Below, in pieces: positions 9,904 through 20,271 of a DNA stretch of 64,000 nt (position 1 is its first letter; the number at the start of each line of letters is the position of its first letter). This stretch comes from Catajapyx aquilonaris (taxonomy: Eukaryota): positions 1 through 64,000 of the forward strand of contig KZ538043.1 in NCBI GenBank assembly GCA_000934665.2, written 5' to 3'. Below the pieces are notes generated by a model that saw only the letters and a list, made by a program, of their open reading frames with translations, made no database searches and was not told the DNA's origin. Both the position numbers and the translations under genes were made by a program.

Positions 9904-12900
9904 ATGTCACGAAGAGGCAGGACAGGTCGAAGAAACGGAGGGCAGACTGGATTCGAACAATGGGTAAAAACACTCTTGGTAAAAATCATCATCATCATCA
10001 CTACTAGGCCTACTTTTAGTACAACCTGGTACAACTCAACACTACTAAAATTACTAAGAGTACTGCTGTTGCTGTCTACTAACACTACTAGTACCAGCTC
10101 TTGCTAGTACTACTAGGCACGTACTACTAACTCTACTATAGTAACACTACTAGTATGGTACTAGTAACACTACTAGTATGGTACTAGTAACACTACTAGT
10201 ATGGTACTAGTAACACTACTAGTATTGTACTACTAACTCTACTAGTAACACTCGGTAACACTACTAGTACACTACTACTGTAATTACTTCTAACACTACT
10301 AGTACTACTAACTACTACTATAATTCTAACACTACTAGTACTACTAGTACCAGTACCAGTACTGCTAACTACTAACACTCTTGGTACTACCAAGGTACTA
10401 CTAACACTACTATGCTCGTACTACCTAGCTGGTACTACTAACTACTAACACTCTTGGTACTACTAACTACTAACACTACTAGTACTACTAACTACTAACA
10501 CTACTAGTACTAGTACTACTCCCCCCGATGGTATCTCCACCTTATCGTGGTGGTGGGGTTTGCGTTTCTCCCGTGACCCCAAGAGCTATGCCGGCGGTAG
10601 CTTCGTCTACTGGTAGGGCCACCCAAGCCGGACAGGTCTTTGGGGTAGGAGACAGACTAAAAGAGATGCCAGTCTTTCCTCTCTTCTTTTTCCTCTTCGT
10701 TTCTCTCTCCATCTGTCCCACCTTTGCTCCTTCTTACAGCCAGATAGCCATAGTTGCTTTGGCTTCTTCCGAATAAACCAAACCAAACCAAACCAAACTA
10801 GTACTACTAACTACTAACACTAAGACTAGTACTAGTACTACTAACTACTAACACTACTAGTACTACTAACATTACTAGCCCCACTACTAACTACTACTAA
10901 CTCATGCACTAGCCTTCCTGAAGATGTACATATTAGCATGAATTAAATGCGTGTGCTTCTTCACATAGACATGTGTGTGTCACATGCTTCGTCACATGTC
11001 TGGTGCACATGATTGTAAATAATGTAATTAATAAATTTCAGGGCGGGTACATGAATTCGAAGATACAGAAGCTGGAGAAGCAGTTTGAGGCGTACAGAGA
11101 GCGAGAGCTGAATGAGTCGGCGGATGGAAGTACGGGTGTGTTCGATGGGGTTGCCGTGTTTGTTAACGGGCATACCGACCCGACGGGGGATGAGATTAAG
11201 CGGATTATGGCCAACAATGGCGGGACGTACCACCACTACCAGAGCTCCCGTACGACCCACGTGATTGCTTCAAACCTGCCGTATGCCAAGGTGCGGCAGC
11301 TGAAGGGCGGAGAGAAGATTGTGAAGCCGGAGTGGATTTCAGATAGTCTTAAAGAAGGTCGGCTGTTGGATTATCGGGAGTACTTGTTGTATCCTAATGC
11401 AGCGCACACTGTGGCTGCCACCAATGACAACAACTTTTTGTCCGGGTTTTATGCACATTCACGCCTTCACTTGATATCGACTCTGGCTGCGTCACTGAAG
11501 GAGTATGTGAATCAGCTGAAGGACGGTAGCACCGAATTTCCAGGACGGGTCAAACTTAGTGGATCGGGATCGGCCGAAGCGGTGGTGGCACATATAGATA
11601 TGGACTGCTTCTTCGTGTCTGTTGGTTTGAGGTCACGACCTGACCTGAGGGGGAAGCCTGTTGCGGTTACACACTCCAAAAGTGCCAATGCAGAGGACGA
11701 CTCAACATCTTCTGTATCATCATGCAGCTACGAAGCAAGACAAGCTGGTGTCAAAAACGGGATGTTTTTAGGCCAAGCGCTCAAACTGTGCCCTGGTTTG
11801 CAGACTATAAAGTATGACTTTAATGCATACGAAACAGTGTCGCGTCAACTGTATGATATTGTATGCGGGTACACCCACCAAGTGGAGGCTGTGAGTTGCG
11901 ATGAGATGTACATAGACTGCTCGGAGATTACTGGTGCGACTGGTGTGACTGCAGATGAGTTTGTGAGCGTGCTACGTGCTGATATTGAGTCCGAGACGGG
12001 ATGTACGGCCTCTGTTGGGTTGGGTCCCAATCGGATGGTTGCCAGACTTGCCACGAAGCAAGCAAAGCCAAATGGAAAGTACAGAGTCGAGGATGTTGAC
12101 GCTTTCATGTTGAACCAGAAGGCATCTGAACTGCCAGGTGTTGGCTATTCAACGTCTCGCCAACTGCGGGACATGGGAGTGGAGACCTGCGCTGATCTGC
12201 AGAAGATGCAGCTGTCCTCACTGCAACGAGAGTTTGGACCCAAAGTAGGAGAAAACCTTCACAACATGTGCCGAGGTGTGGACACCCGCCCGGTGGAGAC
12301 ACGCCACGAGAGGAAATCCGTGTCGGCAGAGGTCAATTACGCAATACGACTGAGTTCCCAGGAGGAGGCGGACGAATTCATGCAAAAGCTCTCTGGAGAA
12401 GTGGCGTCCAGAATAGCCGAGATCAACCGGGTGGCCCGATGCATAACACTCAAGCTCAAGGTAAGACATTGGATTGTTTTGGAATACAAATTGCTCATTA
12501 CATTTGTTTCAATTAATAGGTGCGGGCCAAGGATGCGCCAGTGGAGCCATACAAGTACCTGGGTCACGGCAAGTGCGACAACATATCCAAGTCAGCCAAC
12601 TTACATTCTGGAACTGCAGACGTACAGGTGATAGCAAAGGAAGTGATCCGGATGCTCCACGAGCTGAATGTAAAGCCTGAGGATTTGCGAGGGATAGGGA
12701 TACAGCTGACGCAACTAGAGAGTGCAGAGGGCAAACAGACTCGGACCATCATGGATTACGTGTCGGCAAAGCCATCCACTTCGACAGACCGGTCGCCCAG
12801 AAGAAAGCCAGTGCCACTTCCAACCTTATCGCAACTGGATCCGGACGTCATGTCTGAACTTCCACCCGAGCTTCAGGCTGAAATACGTGCTGAATACGGG

Positions 12901-13491
12901 CCCAAAAAACCACCAGTTTCAAAAGCCACAGCACCTAGGTCAATTTGGGGAGTGATGACCAAAGCAAAGAAAGGAAAATCGCCAGTCAAGTCCGCAGCAA
13001 AATTGGATCCAGAAGTGATGGCGGCATTACCACCACACATTCAAGAAGAAATCAGGGCAGAATATTTGCAGGATAAGTCGGAACCAGCAATTCCTGCTGC
13101 TGCAGTTGATCCAGACGAGACATCGGCACAATCCTCAGAACCTGCGGAGAAGCAAGAAATGTCTGCGGCCAAAGCACATGGAGACAAGCCCAACCTGTGT
13201 GGTGCGACAGAAGTCAAAGATATCCGTTCCCTTTTGCAAGAGTGGGTCAGCTCCACCGACTCTCCTCTTGAGGAAGACAGGATTGTAATCCGGACATTCC
13301 TGGCCGCATTAGTACCTGACGACATTTACAAAGCCCACACACTCATAAAAAGTCTGCATCGCTACGTCACGAAACAGAACAATCCAGCGTGGTTCGCAAC
13401 ATACAAAAACGTAACTCAGCACGTCCAAGTCGCAATGATTGAAAAGCATGGAATGGAACTTAAAGTGCCTATGATAATCAACAGTAAATAA
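9904..13491 (+). CDS. REV1: DNA repair protein REV1 (Y-family deoxycytidyl transferase); exons 9904-9963, 11042-12460, 12520-13491; 816 aa
   Basis: N-terminal 'GFEQW/GGYMNSKIQKLEKQF', BRCT ('FDGVAVFVNGHTDP...IVKPEWISDSL'), N-digit 'FYAHSRLHLIS', palm 'HIDMDCFFVSV', 'SCSYEAR..GVKNGM' and 'AVSCDEMYID'. These are followed by two UBMs ('LDPDVMSELPPELQAEI', 'LDPEVMAALPPHIQEEI') and a C-terminal domain. Confidence 0.96.
10000..10905. repeat. (ACT)n-derived low-complexity minisatellite filling REV1 intron 1, interrupted by a retroelement insertion
   Basis: Degenerate ACTACTA/AACACT/AGTACT units, including a 23-bp unit ACTACTAGTATGGTACTAGTAAC repeated about three times at ~10146-10215. Confidence 0.9.
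10521..10796 (+). mobile_element. Short non-autonomous bipartite non-LTR retroelement: structured LINE-like 5' end plus LINE 3' end with (ACCAA)n tail
   Basis: A 12-bp direct repeat ACTAGTACTACT flanks it (10509-10520, 10797-10808). The 5' part contains GAGCTATGCCGG...TAGGGCCACCCAAGCCGGACAGGTC, resembling recalled 5' UTRs of RTE-type LINEs. The 3' part is pyrimidine-rich with hairpin AGCCA-N9-TGGCT, AATAAA and (ACCAA)4. There is no ORF. Confidence 0.72.
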
Positions 13492-14030
13492 AAAGCCAAC
13501 ATGTGGAGTTCCACATCTATTGTCCCATTTTTATTCAACCGTAATCCAGTCTCTAGCTTTTAATTATGCATCATACCGGACCAGAAGTGGGGGGGAGATG
13601 GGGGGTGAAAAAAATTTATGTACATCTAATTAGGATAGATCCGGCTTTGGAGACCATGCCCAGTGTGGATCAAGATCGAATGTAAGCTTGAAACATGCGT
13701 AAACCAACTCAATCCACAATGGCTGCAAATGGGCCCAACTGATGCAAGCAGCGATTAAATAATAACAGAAGCATTTTTATTTTTTGTATAAAGTAAAGGT
13801 AGTCCATTGAAATTCATTAAATGATTTCTCACGAGGATTTTTTTCATGTATGCACAATCTGTGATGATATATTTTGTTTTTTTTCCGCACCTTCCCAATT
13901 ACCTTTTGCATGCAATTCATGAGATTGTTTAAAACTGGGTGAAATCTCCATGTCAAGTGATTGGCAGTCTTGTTCCCAGATTCTAAATTCTTCTGTTAGT
14001 GTCCCTCCAAAGTATAAATTCTTTGGGGAA

Positions 14031-17000
14031 TCACTCCCATTCAGTGGTTCCAGGGGGCTTGGAGGTGAGGTCGTAGAGGACTCGGGAGATTCCAGGCACG
14101 GTCAGTATCTCAGAGACCATTTTGTTCACCACCTGAGAAGGAACAGCGAATATTAACCGATCACTTAGGTGTCACCCATGATAGCAAGTAACCGCAGAGA
14201 GAACTGTTGGCCTTGTCTGGCCAAAAAGTACTGTATTTGATGGCATTTCAGAAGCTCATATTCAGGGAAAAAATATTTTCTTGTATTTTCACATGTAAGA
14301 AGCGGGGCGAATTTTTTGGGGGAAAAAGTGGGGCTTATATGCAGTCAAATACAGTAATTTCTCATACTTGAACTTAGACCATAGGTGATCTCTTACCTCT
14401 TTAGAAATGTCAACTCCGGGCATGGCGGGAACCCCAGTCATGAAGTCGTGCGTGATGAAGGTCCTGATAACCACTGACCTCTGACATGAGGGTATCCCTC
14501 TGCCAATGGGGTCACGGTCAAAGTGGATTGGTATCAGCACAATGGGCATCTGACTGAGCTTTCCCAAGCAGCCAGACTGGGAAAGAACCTTTGGACGATA
14601 GGGATAACCATCAGTGCATAGTTAGAAAGTGCTATAGAATCGGCATAAATGTGCTGTGGAATGTAGTCCGACTGCAACAACTCAAGCTGCCAGAGTGTTC
14701 TTCCACAACTTTTAATCTCGGAGGGGTGTATCGGTGGTGGGATCAGAGCATGATGATCCAACCCCTTCTTACCCTCCATAATAATCTAAGTGTAAAAATG
14801 CTGTTACCTGATAAGCAAGGTAGTCACACTGCCTGAGGGTGCTGAGCACCCCCTGGGTAAGGAAGGTGGGGGTGACATCCGTGACTTGCTCCTTGACAAG
14901 CCCGCCAAATATGTAGCAGACCCGGTTGACCCTGTAGCAGACCTTAGGCAACAGTCGGGCTAGGAAGAGCAGGTCCTCCCAATCTGGATGGGCGTCCCGA
15001 TCGCTGGAGATTCCCACCACGTACGAATAGGAGCGGCAGTCCCCTTGAACACCCACACTGCGGATAGGAAGAAGGGTGGCTGCAAGTTGCTGCTTCCCTG
15101 ACACTGACTGCAGGCGGCGGCGCTCTTCGTCTGTAGTGGCAGCCTCGACGCGGTTCAATAGGGCATGACGCTTGGCCACCATTGCCTGGTACTCCACCAC
15201 AAGGCGGACTAGGACTTGAGTCTCTGCAAATTCGCGGTCCATGTAGGCTTCCTCTGCACACAAGACCCGAATGGCCAGGCCAGGACCAGGGAAAGGATGG
15301 CGTTGCACTATGTCCGCAGGCAGGCCCAAATCTTTGCCCAGGGCACGAACCTAGTGAAAAGGAAGGAAAAATCAGTCCTGAAGGTAACACTACTATAAGT
15401 GCGACATACCTCATCTTTATGGAAGTCCTTCAGGGGCTCTACGACCTTCCCTTGGTCACGCAGCTGCCTGATGAGCTCCCCGTCATTGTGGTGGGTCTTG
15501 ATGACATCCGCTTTGCTGCTGGCCAGAATAGATGCTGACTCAATTAAGTCTGGTCGTAGAGTTCCTTGGGCCAGGAACACCTCCTCTGGTTTCAGGTTCA
15601 GGTCTGATATCACCTCATTCGCCACCTGAGTTTAGAGAAAAAGTTACACATAAACATATGCACTTAGCTTATTCGTGATGCATGGAAATGCAGACGTTGA
15701 AGGCATGAAAAGTGATGAAAAACAAAAAAGCATGTTCATACTTTGACGAAGATGTCTCCAATGATCTTTCTCTTTTCCTCTGGACATGACGTCTGGCAGA
15801 GAAGTTTTGTGACTGTTGTCCTAGAATTAGGCTCCTTCTTGTCCATTGGGATGGTTGTAGTTCCATTGTAGAACTGATGTACCGCATTCACAACTGCATA
15901 TCGAAGGAATGAGAACATGCATACAGTGAATCCCTCATTAGGCAAAGGCAAACCAATTCCTTTGCGACTGTGGATGGCCACTGACCTCTCAATCTGAGTC
16001 CAAGTTTGCTGAGGCTCTGCTGCACCTTCTGGCTCTCGTTCTTCCGCATGAACCCATTATCAATGTGCACGGCTATAAACTGGTCCTCCCTGAGAGCCTT
16101 GTGCAAGAGGGCAGCACACACTGTGGAGTCCACCCCACCGCTCACCAGCAGGAGGACCTTGCTGTCTCCCACGGTCTCCCTGATGTACGACAAGCACTCG
16201 GCCTCCCTCCCTTTGATAGTGTAGTTGCCCGTCAGAGTGCAGATCCCAAACAGAAAGTTGCGCAGCATCTCCCGTCCCTTGCTGGTCAGATCCACCTCGG
16301 GATGGAACTGCACCCCGAAGAGACGCTGCTTCTCATTGGCAATGGCAGCAGTTAAGGAGCCACCTGATACTGCCACCACTTTGAAGGTATCTGCCACCTT
16401 GTCGATACTGTCACCATGGGTAAGCAGCACATTCTGCTCCTTCTCCAAATCCCTGGCGATTAGAAATATGTTTAAGAAACATGATCACAAACGCAGGGAA
16501 GCTGTTAAGTAAAGTGGACTCACTTAAAAAGGATGCACTTGTTTTCCACCTCGATTTTGAATGGCCCGTCTTCCCTTGTGTCCTTTCTTATCACAGTCCC
16601 TCCAAACTCTTTATTCATCATTTGCATTCCATAGCATATACCTGAAAGAAAATACCATTCGATTCAGTTTTATGTCTCAGGCGGCAGTTAATGCAACTGA
16701 ATAGCACTGAGCTCAGCTACTCCTCCGGTACGTCTTTCAACTAACCTAACACAGGTATTCCTATTCGAAATATATCAGCATCATAACGGGGAGCATCCTC
16801 TGCGTAAACTGAGTTTGGCCCACCAGATATTATAATGCCCCTGAGGAAAAAAATGTCAGGTTGTTAAATATCGCTCTAAAATTGAATGGAATGGCAATTA
16901 AATGCTAACCTGTATCCTTTCTCCTTGAGGGTGAAGGCAGGAGTGTCAAGCGGGAGGATCTCGCTTTCCACGCACAGCTCTCTGACCTTCCTGTCAATGA

Positions 17001-17094
17001 CCTTGCCATACTGGGCGCCTGCGTCCAATATGGCCACCCGCTCAGGATTGTGGGCCCCATTGGCCCTCAGCTGCTCTCGGCCCACGTCGTGCAT
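14031..17094 (-). CDS. GMPS: GMP synthase (glutamine-hydrolysing); exons 17094-16910, 16840-16746, 16641-16524, 16452-15986, 15893-15742, 15625-15410, 15350-14808, 14588-14397, 14132-14031; 689 aa from ATG 17094
   Basis: GATase motifs '[14 protein letters not shown]', '[10 protein letters not shown]', 'LGICYGMQ' and 'GVQFHPEV'. ATP-PPase motifs 'VSGGVDS', '[11 protein letters not shown]' and '[12 protein letters not shown]'. C-terminus '[14 protein letters not shown]'. All exon phases are consistent. Confidence 0.96.
14231..14354. mobile_element. Small Tc1/mariner-type MITE in the last GMPS intron
   Basis: TA-CTGTATTTGATGGCAT ... ATGCAGTCAAATACAG-TA terminal inverted repeats with TA target duplication. 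Confidence 0.65.
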
Positions 17095-17877
17095 CGGGGA
17101 CACTGACGGCAGCACTGAAGGCAGAGGAGGAGGTGGCGGCGGAGGACAGCAGCACTACATCACACAATTACATTAACCACTTAACTACTTTAGATTTTAA
17201 ATGTTTGGCACAGAGGAACTCCTGAATGGAAACTGTGTTTGCCGCCCCAAAAAAGGCAAACATTTCACGGCTCACGTAGGAAAAAAGTGCATGGTGATGG
17301 AATGTCCTATGCAAGCAGGTCTGTACAAATGTAAATTAACATAACTTCCCCATTGAAGTGTGGTCATCTGGTGTTATGTGCTGCTGCGCTCTACGAGTGA
17401 ACCATCCCTACGAACAGTGTTTTTCATTCATTTTGTACACCTCCCCTTTTTCTCATGACATTATTCACAGTAACTTGTCATTACACATGTGTTTGAGCCC
17501 GGTACAATTATTGTGGTCATGGCTGAAAATACACCGGCAGAGCTAGTCATAAGCCACTATTTTGAGTCAGCAGGGAGGTACAGACACAACTGCTACCACA
17601 GGTGACAGTTTAGCTTCTCATGCTTGTAATGCATGTACTCAAGGCACAATATTATTCCAGACATTTGACATGTTCTTTTTACGGAAGAGAGTCCATGATA
17701 ATAATGTGGCCCTAACGTACAATCCAGTGACAATAATATGTTCAAAGACTTGCCCAATCAATAATATCCAGGATTACTCTAATCATTTATCCAGCTACAG
17801 GGACATATTCAAATCATAATTTATACATGTACAATACCTCTCATAAAGAATAGTATGACTCTATAGACAAAATGTTT

Positions 17878-18131
17878 ATCCTGTTCCCAATCTCTAGGTC
17901 GCCAGCATGTTTTTAAGTGTCGCCAGGAAGTCCATGAAAAGGGAATTGAAAGTGACAAGAAAAAAACAAGGCAAACTAGGACAATTTTAGGGAGAAACTA
18001 CGGAAGCATTGTACCTGGTTGAACATTTCGGTAATTAAAAATTCCATTTAAAAATCGGGATGGGTCATGTGAGTCAGTCCAGAAAAGGTTGTCCATAGGG
18101 TCGCGTCAAAATAAGGTTGGGAACACAGCTG
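17878..18131. mobile_element. Degenerate hAT-like MITE
   Basis: Inverted ends TGTTCCCAATCT ... AGGTTGGGAACA with subterminal GGTCGC motifs typical of hAT/Charlie-type non-autonomous elements. Confidence 0.45.
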
Positions 18132-20271
18132 GACATTAAGGATAAACATTTCGTCTATATAGTCACGAGTACGATTCTTTATGAGCGGGATTGTACACTT
18201 GTAAAAAGCTGGTATCGCGTCGAAATAATTTAAATAATTTATATTGTTTCGTCCGTATCCATAGAGGAAATAGTGTCAACAGAGTGAAAGCACTCTGCTG
18301 GCCATTAGCCAGGGACATTATGTCATCTAAACGTAGATCACAAGTTGGTGCAGAACAGCACAGGTTTCATTTACGTCTTACTAAACGCAACAGCCTAGTA
18401 CTGAGCCTATGACATAATTGGTGGTAATGCAGTGAAATAAAGGCTAGAACATGGAGTGTTCCGTAAGTGCGGTGGTTCCATCTTAGCAGAGTGCGTAACC
18501 AGCGGAACACCCCCCCCAAATCCAACTCACTACGGGCGGCCAGGGCCCCCACCCTGCGTGGTCCTCCTCCCACGGAACACCTGAGTACAACCAGGCCTAG
18601 CATGCTCCTTGTGTGTGTGTCTCTCTGTTCCATGCACAATCTTCCCCCCCTGTAGCCTCCTCCTTCCCCCTTGCCTCTCCCAACATTGCATAACCATGGA
18701 GCATAACCACAGATTCATGCTCTAGTGTGACCCTCCCCCCATGTTGTGCCCCTAGGAGGTCAGCCGGGGGTCAACGCCATCCCCTCTCCACATATTATCC
18801 TTACCCAGAAGAATGCGATCTTGTTGCGCACTCCTCTCCCTTCCCCCTTCTTCTTTCTCTACTTGTGCTGCACACCCGGCCTTCCTTCCTTCCTTCTCCT
18901 TCTCTTCTTCCTGTGTCCAGCGCAGGATTCAGGCGCCGACTGGCATTATTACCACAGGAGGGGTTGGTTCCAGCCCTCCCTCCCCTATGCTCTCTTATCA
19001 AAAAAAAAGAAAAAAAAGAAGAAATAAATAAATGGGAGGGCAGGCTGGGGGGCGAGGGTGGGGCCGGGGGGAAGTTGCGAAAAGAGTCCGTCAGATGGCA
19101 GGGTTGTTGCCGCGCTCTGTTTTGAAGTGTTGTGTAATTATTTTTGGTGTAATCATGTGTGGAACTGGTACTGTACAGTACACCTACTAGCTACTACAAT
19201 AGGTAGTCCGAGGGTACAGTCAGTGTGTGTCATGTGGTAAGGAAATCCGACTGGTACACACGGACTACCGACTCGTGTGTATAGAGCATGTTTGGAAAAT
19301 TGGCATGGTATGGAAATGATGCAAGACAAAGACTCAAGCTCGATGTGACCTTTCACGATTGAGTTGGAAGATAAATAAAGGTCAAGGGCTGGGATGAAAT
19401 TTGATTTCTCTAAAAGCTCTGGCTGCGACATGTTCCTTGACGTCATGCCACTTCCCTCTTCACCGGATTTACATGAGACGAAGGTCACATTGCCAAATGA
19501 TGCCATTGTTCCAGCTGGATTTTGCAGGATCCGGATGATTAAACCTCTATAGGCCTACTGCATACAGCATCAGTCATACTGACAAATCGCGAAATGTAGC
19601 CATATGAACATTACTCATTGTCATCATTGCACTAAGATGGATCAGTAGCCTAAGCACGTTCATTAATCAATTAATTAAAGAAACAAATTAATTAAATACA
19701 CAAATCAATAAATTAAATGATTAGTAATTACACACATTAACTGGCTAGGCGTGACTTTGTCCCTACACACGTTGACTCATCACCTAGGTGCATGTGGTTT
19801 TTATTTTTACCACGCCTAGTGTATAGTGGAAGTATAGCTTGCAGAGAGGCAGGATGAATAAGGAATAAGGGAGGATAAATAAATCACTAATTAACTCAAT
19901 TAATAAGTAGCATTCACTATTGTTGTTATATCAAAACACCGAGTTGAAACAAATTTATGTGCAATGGCCTGCAACTTTCGGCTGCAACAGTAGTGTGCAC
20001 TTTTCGTTGCTCTTCATGCAGATGCAGTCAAAGAATAATGTGGTCCGAATGGCCGCTCCAATAACCGCGTATAACTGCATGTCCCCGAAGTTTGACCTCC
20101 AGCCTTCAACCTGACAAACCCAAACCGCGCCCAATCATTTCGCGATCTGCAGAAGCATGTCCAGAAAGCCATCTCTCCACCTGCCCATTAAAAAAAAAGG
20201 TAGAAGGGCCTACAAAAAAAAACCAAGCTGCAAGGAACTTTTATTCTGTGCCCGTGACCTTATCTGGAAGC

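Noticed and set aside
9846..10393. Ser/Thr/Val-rich mucin-like ORFs
   Set aside because: Translations of the ACT-rich intronic repeat in REV1 intron 1.
10973..11041. N-terminus of the 552-aa ORF-track REV1 (and its C-terminal tail 12461-12631)
   Set aside because: Intronic read-through; the true start is exon 9904-9963 and the frame switches at the 12461-12519 intron.
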